Positions 36,601-46,710 of a stretch of DNA of 64,000 bases are shown here, piece by piece. The stretch is from Botryllus schlosseri. Lineage: Eukaryota. The translations under genes and the position numbers were made by a program. The notes beneath the pieces were generated by a model that was given only the letters and a program-made list of their open reading frames with translations, was not told the origin of the DNA and did no database searches. The stretch is from the NCBI GenBank assembly GCA_051294905.1, contig CM119373.1, positions 9,486,001-9,550,000 of the forward strand. Direction: 5' to 3'. Each line of letters begins with the position of its first letter. Position 1 is the stretch's first letter.

Positions 36601-39600
36601 TCACGAGTCAAGTCACAATTCAAGTCAAATTGAATTTTCGACGTATGAGTGATGATTCAAAGTCAATACATTTTGCTAGCTGTGTGAAAGACGGAATAAT
36701 TAATCATTTATCCTAATCAAATAACGAATATCTAGTTAATTATACATGCAAAAAGACGGCGTATCCTTCACGCACGCGTATAACTGCTAATAAAGTACGC
36801 GAGAAACTGTACAGCTACATACTACAGTTAGTTCTTATCAGCCAAAATATAGGACCTAATACGAAGCTTCGAGAAGTTGAAACAAATTGATATGGTACAA
36901 TACCCTACACTACCCATCTACACATCCGTGAGAATATTATAGCACACAATATATTCGTTCGATTTAAATCATACAAGAGGATTGGTGAATATGAGCACTG
37001 GGCAACGTAAGCATTGACTCGTCTAAGAAACAGAGACACATTGTTATTTAGATTAATTTTATACTTTGCGGTCCATGTATTTGTGATCTAACAATTGAGG
37101 AACCTTGTAACGTACAATCAGTGAATGACTGGTTGTTCTCACAAGTGACACCGGCGTATCTCGAACAATCCGAACATACACAAGAGACAGCGATTTATTC
37201 GACACCGCTTACTTAATGACTTGAAATTGACTCGTAAAGTTTGCTCAGAGTCACGATTCAATGCACATTTTTAAAGCTCCGACTCAAGTCAAGTCAAGTC
37301 ATACGAAAAAGTTGACTCGAGTCTAACTTGAGTCAAGTCATGACTCAAGTCATCCCAACACTGGTAGGTAGTCACATTACAAGGGGTCAACTTTTGATGG
37401 AATCATCAGAGCACAGACGACAACATGTGTGTTCGTTTGGATGCTTCTGGCTTTCGCTTGAGAGCACTTGTTCGCACGTTGTGCAAGGTCCATGCTTTGA
37501 CCACGTATTGTTTTAAAGTTTTGCAATTCATACAGGAGATCAAAAAAACAAATCTTGGCTCAGGAGTATTCTGCGGTGGAGCTCTCATCACTACGAGACA
37601 TGTGATCACAGCAGCCCACTGCTTCCAAAGTAGGTGATGTCAGTTGAATTTTCTATTTACTAAGATGTAGATAGCTTGACTCAGGACGCAGTTTAAATAA
37701 CTTCAATTAGATAGCATGCAGTCATACTTATCAACCCCGTCGTGCTACAGTATACAACACAATACCATCGGTGATTCTGTTCTTTTCATTCGCGCAAGAC
37801 TGAATGTCCAATATGTGATAAACGGCTCACAATGCGATATACTGAACAGATAGAAAGTTATTGAAAGGATTATGACTGGCCAACCATTCTAACATCAACA
37901 TTATGGGCCACATATATGTGTTCGGTATACCACAAACTTTCAAGAGTATACTTATGTCTTTCGACATGCGGAGATTATTCATTGGTACGTTCCACAGCTG
38001 TAACAGCGATGTGTTGCGAGTTCGAGTCCGACTGATGTTGACCCTAGAATCCCCAACTAAGTCGGAGGTTTATCCAGGCTCGTCATCCTTATGTCATAAA
38101 CGCTTGCGCCTGTAGTCGGGTTTGACTCTTAGCTTTTTGTAAAAACAGTCCCGTAAAACCATTGTGACGCACACATAAAGTAGACCAGTGGTTCTCAACC
38201 TTTTTTGCTTCGCGGACCCCCTTTTGACCGTCACGGACCCTCGCGGACCCCCTCAAGTTTTAGTTCAATTTTAGCTCTATTATGGTGCAAACTTCATCTG
38301 TCTTGTGCAAATATGAACTGTAAGGCTTGTGATAGACAGCAAAATAACAATTTTTCTTGAAGATAACATCATACTATTTATGTAGAAATTGGCGGACTTC
38401 TATTATTTCAAAGCTAATTCTGCTGCTGTATTACTTGAAGTACGTGGTCGTGTATTGAAAATTCGCGTCTTCGTTTTGATATGAACGAGGAGTGCCGAAA
38501 ACCATTTCCGCAAAGATAGATGGAAGCTAATGCAATATTAACGCATAACGCTTACGGCGATACTTTTGGTGTGATTGCAACATTTATGGCAGCAAAATGA
38601 AGAAACAAATATTTTATGAACATATCACGTCCAGCATCTAGTGCAGGGACGGGCAACATACGGACCGCGGGCCGGATTCGGCCCGCAGAGAGTTTCTACC
38701 GTAAAAGTGAAATCCTAATCTAAAAGTCTAAACAAATTTTATGCTCCAAAGAATGGATCCACGTTTTCCAACCAGAGAAAGACTGTCATGAAACGACTTG
38801 TTCTGTTCGGGTTTACATATATATTCACGAGCAAACATTTTCGACCATGAACAACTGAACATTAACAAGACAAGGCTGCATACTAATATAACTGGTGATA
38901 TGACTTTCAGGGTTGGAGCGTAATGCTTTGATAGCAACGAAACATTCCTTGTTCATACAAAATCAGCCTTGTCGATAGGGCATCCGCAATAAGAATGCAC
39001 CAAATCTGATAGCCGAGCTTTAACAGCAGGTATATCATTGTCCGATTTATGACGAGTGTCAGCCGAAAATATTCGGGTCCATTTCAATATGAATACATTA
39101 TTCAATTGTATATTAAAGTTCCGTACCTCCAAGAAGCTGTTCCTTGCATTGGGACAAATTATGGAAATACTTCCGAAATTTTTATTTCAAACGGCTGTTC
39201 ACTAATTTGATGAGACTGACAACGTCAAATCGAGAAGGTTTCACAGACATTACGATTTTTTCTACAAACCGCAACAAAACGTCTCTAAACAGAAATATGT
39301 TTGTGTCAGCAGGTTATTGGAAAATTGGCAATGAAAATGAGTTTCCATACTACGATAGTCCATGTCAGACGATTATTATGATGATATGAGTCATGAGGTT
39401 TTAGCAGTTGTGGTGCGAAACTGCCTCAAGCTTTCTCAAATTAAAACATAAAATAAAAATTAGGTTATCAACTATTTAAAAAAATTAGAGGTCTCGCGGA
39501 CCCCCTTGAAATTGCTTCGCGGACCCCTAGGGGGACCCCTAGGTTGAGAGCCGCTGAAGTAGACCATGAACTTTCTAATACGACACCATGCGGAAACATA

Positions 39601-42600
39601 CGTTCTAAACTTCTCTAAACCAATAAAAATGATAGGATTTACTTCTCCAATTAAAAGACAAGCGTCCAAATATTTTCATTGTGGAAATGAGATATAAAAT
39701 TCTAACATATTTCTGGACCGGCAGGCACCTTTCCACGGACCGGCACTTGAGAAGCACCCTTATAAGCCCCTCTAAGGGTTGAAACAACTGTTGCATTGTG
39801 CCTTCTATCCAATGCAACACGTAGAGTCGTAGACAAACGCATTTGCGGTGGCGTGAGCGACTCGGTAAACATATCTGATTATTTGTTTGTATTGTGATAT
39901 TTATGGGGATTTGCGACTACAATGGTCATTTATACGAGGCCCATATTCTGTATTGGGATTCCATATCTGCCGATTTGTGACACGAACTAGATTTTTATAA
40001 GACACGGCCCGACTCCAACCCGTAACCTATTGATTGGTGTTACAGCTGTGGATCATACCACCACGCTATCTCGCCACTTTGGACTGAGGTCAACATTTTG
40101 TCACAATTAAGGTTTTTAAAGTCTAAAAATGTCAAAATTTCGATTTTTTAAGTCAAAGTCTTCCGTTCGTTAGGTTAAAAAATCGCCTACTTATCATGAA
40201 TTCAAACCGATTTTGTGGGGAGACCGGGGACAATTGTAACACTTTTTGTATTTTCCAACATTACGCGTTTTTCTCGTGGAAATTTCACTTCCAAAGTTTT
40301 ATATAAAGAAGCTAACAACTCGATAGTTGATACAAAAACTAAATTGGAACTCAATCAATTCTGGGTCGCAAAAATCGCTGCTCAAATGTTACAATCGCCC
40401 CGTACCCAGGGGCAATTGTACCACCTTTGCGGGGCAATTGTAACAGTGTTATTTATAACTAAACACAAACGAAATGAACAACGAAAACGGAAGCACAAAT
40501 TGTAATATTGCATGAAACTAAAGCAAGAGACGTTTGAACGCTTCCAGGCTACGCCCCATCGCATTTATGGCATCTGAATGCAATATCATCCTTCGTGTCT
40601 TGTTCAAGCTTAAAGTGTACAAGAGGCACATTCATTTCATCATCTCCCTACACATATTCGGCCTCTTCTACCAAGGTTCTGTTGTTCAACGTGCATAATG
40701 GGTTGATCATTCGGTCACCTGCGAAGGTGCGAAACCGACCTGGCTAACATATCTTGGTTGAATGGGCCGATGATAGTATAGCAAAACGAGGAGGCAACAT
40801 TGTGTGGCGTAAAAGCTATAATGGTATTCTTCTGTGCTGTACAAAATTAAAATAAATTGTTCACATCAAATATCAAAATGTAAGTGGGCCATGATCAAAG
40901 TCAGAGGACGAGAATTCAGTCATGACCATTGCAGTTCGACACACCAAAAGTCGATCAACATGAGAAAGGGTGGTTGAATCACGAAAATAACCTAACCGTC
41001 AGATTCACATCACCACTATTGTATGGCCGTTTCGACAGATGATCATGTTAGAATTGGTATCGCAAGGTAGTATCTGTTCTGGTGAACTTCTGGCTGTTGC
41101 GAGATTATTCTGCAGTAGATGAATGGTAATACCAACATATGAACAAAGACATTCAGAATTGATAACATATTGTAACGGGGCAAAAGTAACAGAGTGTTAC
41201 GATTGCCCCTGACACGCTCGACCGCATGATTAGTGTCTCAGTATAGTACCTTCCCGGCGATGCAAGTCCTATTCTTTTCATCATCACGGTAGACTATAGT
41301 AACATTGTTCCAGCTACAAATATTACGTTGTAACTACTGGAGGTACTATTCGTCTAGACAAATTATACCAGACCAGAAAAACTTTACTCAAGGGTCAAAA
41401 ATTTCGTTTTTTGCAAATTATTCCGGGGTTTCGCATCGTAGCTCAACGTAACTCCAGGTATAATAGGAGAGATAACTACTGCATGCGCACTTAAAATATC
41501 AAGCTGATTTCTCCATCCTACTAGCGGTGAGGTCGATTGTTACATTTGCCCCTAGTTAGATTTGTCCCCGGTCTCCCCTACTACAAAGGTTAGCACATTT
41601 TCACTATAAAGTCACATTGCAGTAACGATTTTCTACGTGTCTCGCTCATTGGCGATAGTACTCAACACAATGACTTAGAAGGCAATTCAACAAATATTAC
41701 ATACATATTCAAATTAAAAGTATCGCGCTGATGCCGTCGCGACGTAAAATTATACCCTTCGCGACCCTTGTTTGGGTCGCCACCCATACTTTGAGAGCCC
41801 CTCCTATATATGTGTTACTTCATTGGTACTGAGACACCATACTGGCGTCAGAGTTTACAGTCCAGTAACATAGAGATCTTATCTATGTATCAACTATTCT
41901 TGACCGTTGTCACCAAGTCGCACCAAAAGAGCTGATGCATATCTGCTTCCGTAGGTATCTCACCAAAGGAAACAGCGGTATACGTGGGAAAGTATGTGGC
42001 GGATGTCGGTGAAAGAGAAAGGATGCAGCAGTCATCTATTGCCAAAAGCGTGTTCGTGCATCCAGATTACATTCCGGAGACCCTGCATGCTGACTATGCG
42101 ATACTTACCATCGAAAACGAATTTTATTTTTCTTCATTTGTAAAGGTGTGAACACTGAACATGAGATTTCCGTCGTTTGTAACTACTAGGCCCTGCAACT
42201 GTTATGGTCAGCTCGCTTCGAATCACTTTTACCAATTGTTAATGCGTGGCAGACAACCCATGGTGCGTGACTGAGTAGCATGCCAAGTAAACCAGTCCTA
42301 TCTAGATACATATTAAGCGCAGATTTTGACCCGACTCAAATTGTGATACCCGAAAATGTTGAAATCCTTGTCATTGTTCATTAAGGCTTGATTGAGTTGT
42401 TGTTATGTTATTGCTAATGGCGATTCAACTACATCGGTCATTTTACACCGGGGATGTATCCTGTATCATTATTCCATAACGGAAAACTTTTAGCACTACC
42501 CATGCACTTTCTTATTAGGATTTCGTAAGACACTGCGTATGCGGATCTCATGAAGATGAGGAGCCCATACACCCCCGCAATCTATAGGCTAATATATACC

Positions 42601-45600
42601 AGTGTTGGGATCAAGTCACTGCCTTCGAGTCACAAGTCATCTCGACTCAATTCACAAGTTGACTCGAGTCAAGTCAATAGATTTTCGAAGGTGACTCGAG
42701 TCAACTCAAGTCTTTCAAATTATGCAGGGTCATAGTTATCAGCCAAAATACAGTATGGAATACCAAACCGCAAATAGGTGAAAAAATTGATACAATGCAA
42801 TACACTAGGCATCACCAACACATTCATGATATACCATTTAGACCTGCTATATGGTTCATGAGTAATATAAACGTATAAAAATATTCGTTCGATTTAAATC
42901 ATACAAGAGTGTTATATGAAACTCGGCAGTGGGAGAAGTTTATAAATAAGAGATACTTTGCTATTAGATTAATGTACGACTAGTTTACGACGACGTAAGC
43001 TGTAAGACAGTGGTTCTCAACCTTTTTGCCTTCGCGGACCACTTTTGGACCACCACGGACCCCTACGGTTCCCTCAAGTTTTCGTTTAAAATTAGTTCAA
43101 TTATCGAGCTACCGCCACCTGTCTCATGCAAATATTGATAGTAGGCTAGTGATTAACAGCCACAAAAGGACTTTTCTTGCCCGACCGAGATCGACTCCAG
43201 AATTCCTACTTAAGTGCTGATGGTTATCTAAGGCTAAGCTCCTCCTCGCCATCCAACCCACGTAGGCGGTGTCTCACAGAAAGCCTAGACGTGTCTCGGG
43301 CTATAAATCGGTAGATTAGGAATAAAAATAAGGAATATCGGACAGGTGTAAATGACCATAGTAGTCCACAAACACCATGATACCACAAACAAAAAACAAC
43401 TTTTTTGAAGATAACATCACACCAGATTTAGAAATTGGGTAGACTTTCATTCTTTCTAAAAGAATTTTGCAGCTGCATTCATTTTCTTGAAAATCCGCGT
43501 CTTCGGTTGGATATGAACGGGGGTCGAAAATCCATTTCTACAAAGATATAATGGTGGCGAATGTAATAGGCTATTAACGGGTAACGCTTCGGACGACAGA
43601 TTTTGGTGTGAGTTTTTAATGAACATATCTCGTCCAGCCTAGTCATTTTCATCTAGCATCTAATCCTGAAGTTATTTAGTGGTTATACAACAAGAGAAAA
43701 TGGATTTCGTGGCGTGGTTTCAATTAGTTCTTTGGGACTCCAAATCCAAAATACTATCTTCAACATTTCATTTTTCCTCGAACCCTAAAATCGTCTCCAA
43801 ACATGAACATGTTTTGCATCGGCAGGCTATTGGTAATTTGACAATTAAAATGAGTTTGCACAGTCGAATATGTCATCTCAGACGACCATTTCAATGATGT
43901 GAGTCCTAAAGTTTTAGCGAATATGAAGCGAAACTGTCGCATGCTTTTCCTAATTATAAAAAAACATCATAAAAATTAAGTTTTCAGGCACTTCACAAAT
44001 GTAGAGGCTTCGCGGACCCTCTGAAAATGCTTCGCGGACCCCCGGTTGAGAACCACTGCTGTAAGATGATCACTGCGTTTGCGGTCTTTAATTATGACAT
44101 AACAATGGCGGCTCAGTGAAACACAAAATAATTGAGCGATTGGTTGCATGCTCTCAGAAATCACATCAGCGTATCGTTACAATCCAAACTTATACAAGAT
44201 ACAGCAATTTAGCCGACAACGATTACTTGGTGACTTGAAATTGGCTCATAAGTTTTGCTTGGAGTCACGAGTTAATCCACAATTCTGAAACGTCGAGTTA
44301 AGTCAAGTCAAGTGATTTCTGCAAAGTGACTCGAGTCAAGTCATGTCATACCAACAATTTGACTCGAGTCTGACGTGAGTCAAGTCATGACTCGAGTCAT
44401 CTCATCACTGATATATCCTGCCGTCGACCTCGAAGACGGAACCAGCTTGTGCACCATACCACTACCAAACTCGTCCCTATAGTTCCGTTGTCAAATTGGT
44501 CGTTTCTTTTCTCTTCAAGAGATTCTTTTATTCATTACAAAATTGATACTTCAACTGTCAATGCTTACCGCAAAATATGTTGTAAGAGAGATAAAAATAA
44601 AACCAACTTGAATATTTCAACTATTCCCGTTACTTTGGTCAGTTAGTCGTCTTTGTGAAAGAATGATGTAAGAGAGAAATGTTAGGTAATTCAGTACAAT
44701 AGTTATCACCATAATTAGTTGCATGCAAATATATTTTTCAACGTCTAGTCACAAACCATGGAGGATTGAGAAACCGTGATCCTCACAATGCGCCTATCTA
44801 TAAAGCGGGTATCATATAGGGATGGTGTGAACCTCTGAAAGGTTCTGGTTCGTGTGAACGCGAACCTTTTTGAAAGGTTCTGTGTGAACACGAACGTGAA
44901 CCTCATGACGTCACGTGACGTCATATTACTAATTCCAACCCTATCTTTCAATGAAGTGATAGCCTATATTAATGTACAGTTGTACACGATACATAGCGAC
45001 GACTCGGGCCACATCATTCCACAATGCCGAAGTATGTTGGCGTTTTAAACGTCGCTAAATGTATCAATCAATCAATCAATCAGGTTTATTAATATTTTCA
45101 TCGTTTCAAAACATCACAAGACTGCGATACAATGAAAAGATAGGAAGGTGTCGAAACAACTTGGAGTAGCCTTTGAGATCAGACACCCACCTCAGCCTAG
45201 GCGAAGTAAAGAAGAGGCATGCACACTGAATGAAAAGTAATGCAGAGAATATAAGACGCAAGCGACAAAATGGGGTGGCATGTGGCGGAGGGCGAGGTCG
45301 ATGTTAGGTCGTGGTCCGGTAATCCTGAAGACTGGCTAGTATTGATTTAGAAGAAATTGCTTGTATTTCGACTTGAATGCGGACATGCTCGACGACTGTC
45401 GGATAGTCGGCGAGATGCTGTTCCACAATTGGGGTCCGGCATACTCGATAGAGCAATGCGTTTTCTTGTATTCAGTCCTGATCATATGGTAGTTGTTCTT
45501 CGTTGACGCGCGTGTGCTGTACTTGTGCGCTTTTATCTCCGAGGTGAAGTAGTCCTTGAAATCTGAGGGACATTGACCGCAATGGAACTGATACATAAAC

Positions 45601-46710
45601 TTGGCAATTTCTAGCTTCCTCATATCTTCTAAGTTTAGAACACCAAATCTTTTGAGAAGCGATTTATCAGTTGCACAACTGAGGCAATCAAAGAATATGA
45701 TACTCCTATAAAATCAATGTCTTCCGTCGCTTTGCCAACAATTTCGATGAGGAGTTACCAGGGAATATAAGCTTACGCCTTAACGGTCTAGGCCAGACCG
45801 GATAATGTATTCGGCGTCTGAGTATCGCTACATTGATATTAGGCTGAGTGTAAAACGGGTTTCTATACTTGCTACCGATATTACCCCATTAACAAGTTAT
45901 ACCGCAGTAGCCAACACCTCAATCACAAAGGTTTGGTTTTAATGATGCAGTAAAGATATGAAGTCAAGATTGACCCCGTACGCCTGCTTGATTTTTTTGC
46001 ATCAGAAAACGATATCAATCTCATTGATTGGTTGAATAAGCATCATTCGCTGACTATGTATTTCGCTCAAGACGTTGTGTGATTGCGGGTCAAACTCACA
46101 GCAGAGAGTCACTAAATATTCATAAACGGAAAGCTGGATATTTCGAGCAAACTTTTGTAACAAAGCAAGTAAAACTTTCGAGATTGTCAAGGTGCATGCT
46201 CGTTTAGTGTTGATTTTTAATGCTGCCAGCGCCATGCATAGAGTGGCCCGCAGTTGAAATGCAATAATTTTCAACCAAAGATGTTATAATGAAGTGAAAA
46301 TTGTAATATATGAAAAAGGTTCACAGTGCAGAACCTACCAAGGTTCTGTTGTGAACGCGAACCTCTAAATTTCCGAGGTTCACACACAGAACGCAAACGT
46401 GAACCTCACGTTCACACCATCCCTAGATGATTCGGCCCGGCTCAACCGAATGCTATTTGCATTTGAGGAATAATCGGCGCATCACTAATATCTTTACTTC
46501 ACATCGATTAACTTTGCGGCAAATCAAATAGTTTTTAGGCGTTTTCTATTACAAACATATATTTTATTCTTTTAGCCGATATGCATTGCTAAACCTGATA
46601 ATCGCAACGACGAAATTACGCCAGACTCTCCTCCTGGGAAGACAAAGTATGGCGTTGTCTACGGCTGGGGTATCACGAATAACGGCTTTGGAGCCGATCA
46701 GCTGCGTGAC
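15535..46710 (+). CDS. Gene B: secreted modular serine protease SP-TSP1-TSP1-EGF-TSP1-vWA-EGF-Ig-trypsin (3' exons not in window)
   Basis: 14 exons with compatible phases, 2319 nt = 773 codons with no stop: 15535-15646, 16126-16246, 16322-16418, 17583-17766, 18399-18521, 19265-19444, 26876-27454, 30269-30365, 30551-30692, 33273-33429, 35980-36086, 37536-37629, 41955-42145, 46576-46710. Confidence 0.88.
16126..16418 (+). CDS. Gene B exons 2-3, first TSP1 repeat (short intron 16247-16321, exact sites uncertain)
   Basis: WRPWGPWGACSGSCNIGTQMRRRAC ... GVGTGCFGFLAQVK|gtaatg, continued by GCSLPAC in the next exon. Confidence 0.8.
17583..17766 (+). CDS. Gene B exon, second TSP1 repeat
   Basis: ttacag|GGC...TGT C|gtaagc; SPWSEWSACNAPCGASGEQFRTRQCHGPAAECTGETFQRKVCRTSPC. 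Confidence 0.92.
18399..18521 (+). CDS. Gene B exon, EGF-like domain 1
   Basis: ttttag|CA...CCA G|gtgcga; NPCTGVSCAQNMACNNGACVCLQGFKPASSGTGC (6 Cys). Confidence 0.88.
18545..19131. mobile_element. PIF/Harbinger-like MITE, 587 bp
   Basis: TIR AAGCCCATTTACATGG; 3-bp TSD ATA (18542-18544, 19132-19134). Confidence 0.75.
19265..19444 (+). CDS. Gene B exon, third TSP1 repeat
   Basis: tttcag|AA...CCA G|gtaaaa; YVWGTWSSSGCSQSCGGGTITFSRPCMDD...FCPGG...SCNTMRCPP. Confidence 0.92.
19492..19679 (+). repeat. 5' LTR
   Basis: TGTGGTGATT...GGTACGACA; identical by eye to 26106-26293. Confidence 0.96.
19683..19696 (+). promoter_or_regulatory. Candidate self-priming primer-binding site
   Basis: TTACTAACTTAAAT is the exact reverse complement of LTR bases 19626-19639; no TGG-initiated tRNA PBS follows the LTR. 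Confidence 0.7.
19733..20207 (+). pseudogene. gag: gag N-terminal part (interrupted by the foldback element)
   Basis: MSGEKYIK...VRDAFITGLRSPAIRQRLLECDELT; the tail of the track ORF runs into the inserted TIR. Confidence 0.9.
20208..22865. mobile_element. Non-autonomous foldback DNA element, 2658 bp, nested in gag
   Basis: Ends GGCAATTCCCTGCACAGACAACCGATG are inverted; arms stay reverse-complementary for about 1.1 kb; modular internal repeats; central 31-bp perfect hairpin; no transposase ORF. Confidence 0.9.
22866..24641 (+). pseudogene. pol: gag C-terminus (CCHC knuckles), protease, RT and start of RNase H
   Basis: CLFCGGSH...CPA...CLKCGRKGHFAKVC; LLDSGS; IDLKSAYHQ; LPFG; YLDN; ECDASN (track ORF 22733..24673). 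Confidence 0.93.
24642..24696 (+). mobile_element. 55-bp 5'-truncated non-LTR retro-insert with poly(A) tail
   Basis: AGTCGAGCATG...TTCAGAAG followed by an A-run, flanked by 12-bp TSD TAAATTATCCTG (24630-24641, 24697-24708). Confidence 0.85.
24709..26051 (+). pseudogene. pol: RNase H C-terminus and integrase
   Basis: AVEKEAAAIMHAI*KWRYLLHGRKFRLITDQK (TGA at 24747-24749); integrase LHNILGYPG, CGSCRQC, DFKGP, VDEYSRF, SDRGSSF, GNSQCER; no chromodomain. Confidence 0.93.
26094..26104 (+). other. Polypurine tract
   Basis: GGTGGGGGAGA just before the 3' LTR. Confidence 0.85.
26106..26293 (+). repeat. 3' LTR
   Basis: Same sequence as the 5' LTR. Confidence 0.96.
26876..27454 (+). CDS. Gene B exon, von Willebrand factor A domain
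   Basis: ttcag|TG...GAA G|gtaatt; LDLVFLIDGSASI (DxSxS), VIVQYS, LITVTDG, LAIGVG. Confidence 0.94.
27515..27658. other. Assembly gap (144 N)
   Basis: Run of n. Confidence 1.
30269..30365 (+). CDS. Gene B exon, EGF-like domain 2
   Basis: gatacag|CA...TAC GG|gtgaga; SPCSSSPCRNDGRCIVIEQNTDYSCECPTGYG (last Cys in the next exon). Confidence 0.92.
30551..30692 (+). CDS. Gene B exon, end of EGF and first half of Ig domain
   Basis: tttag|T GAT...CGG|gtatgt; DKDCSK...IHLKCVFPEAIKSQVTWRHNKLEVDR. Confidence 0.88.
31941..33054. mobile_element. Non-autonomous hAT (Buster-type) element, 1114 bp; same family as 38186-39556 and 43008-44058
   Basis: TIR CAGTGGTTCTC; TSD GTCTACAA; GGGTCCGCG subterminal motifs; duplicated left end near 32133. 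Confidence 0.92.
33273..33429 (+). CDS. Gene B exon, second half of Ig domain
   Basis: tttcag|ACT...TCA G|gtaagc; QLTIERPRFTNSGEFSCQITDEGVERHATLLV. Confidence 0.9.
35980..36086 (+). CDS. Gene B exon, zymogen activation segment
   Basis: tttacag|CT...AAG|gttcgt; CGESPGLSKRMINAKIKDGQITKLGEAPFVAMLHK; phases 1 and 0 link the Ig and His exons. Confidence 0.85.
36488..37363. mobile_element. hAT (Ac-type) MITE, 876 bp, with GACTCGAGTCAAGTCA subterminal repeats
   Basis: TIR CAGTGTTGGGAT; TSD GTAGGTAG; related copy at 42600-44410 and a right-end fragment near 26600-26695. Confidence 0.92.
37536..37629 (+). CDS. Gene B exon, His57 motif
   Basis: atacag|GAG...CAA A|gtaggt; EIKKTNLGSGVFCGGALITTRHVITAAHCFQ; 94 nt as in gene A. 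Confidence 0.94.
38186..39556. mobile_element. Non-autonomous hAT (Buster-type) element with nested fragments, 1371 bp
   Basis: CAGTGGTTCTCAACC ... GGTTGAGAGCCGCTG; TSD AAGTAGAC. Confidence 0.88.
39846..40077 (-). mobile_element. Possible tRNA-derived SINE
   Basis: Minus strand has A-box-like TAGCGTGGTGG and B-box-like GGGTTGGAGTC 36 nt apart; 3' boundary is approximate. Confidence 0.4.
40215..41581. mobile_element. Non-autonomous TIR element, about 1.37 kb, superfamily unresolved
   Basis: Inverted GGGGAGACCGGGGACAA at both ends; GGGGCAA...GTAAC subterminal motifs; TSD not clear. Confidence 0.75.
41955..42145 (+). CDS. Gene B exon, Asp102 motif
   Basis: ccgtag|GT...AAG|gtgtga; ISPKETAVYVGKY...VHPDYIPETLHADYAILTIENEFYFSSFVK; 191 nt as in gene A. 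Confidence 0.94.
42600..44410. mobile_element. hAT MITE (36488 family) hosting a nested Buster-type element
   Basis: CAGTGTTGGGAT ... CTCATCACTG; TSD ATATATAC/ATATATCC. Confidence 0.82.
43008..44058. mobile_element. Non-autonomous hAT (Buster-type) element, 1051 bp, nested
   Basis: TIR CAGTGGTTCTCAACC; TSD CTGTAAGA. Confidence 0.92.
44817..46425. mobile_element. hAT-like element hosting a LINE fragment; partial related copy near 27830-28290
   Basis: TIR TAGGGATGGTGTGAAC; GTGAAC subterminal repeats; flanking 8-mers do not match, so no TSD support. Confidence 0.7.
45063..45700 (-). mobile_element. 5'-truncated CR1/L2-type LINE (ORF2 C-terminus, 3' UTR, (GATT)n tail)
   Basis: Track ORF 45336..45623 ends SIEYAGPQLWNSISPTIRQSSSMSAFKSKYKQFLL, a typical CR1/L2 ORF2 end; tail ATCAATCAATCA on the + strand. 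Confidence 0.85.
46576..46710 (+). CDS. Gene B exon, PICI...GWG (last exon found)
   Basis: ttttag|CCG...GAC|gtatgt; PICIAKPDNRNDEITPDSPPGKTKYGVVYGWGITNNGFGADQLRD. Confidence 0.94.
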
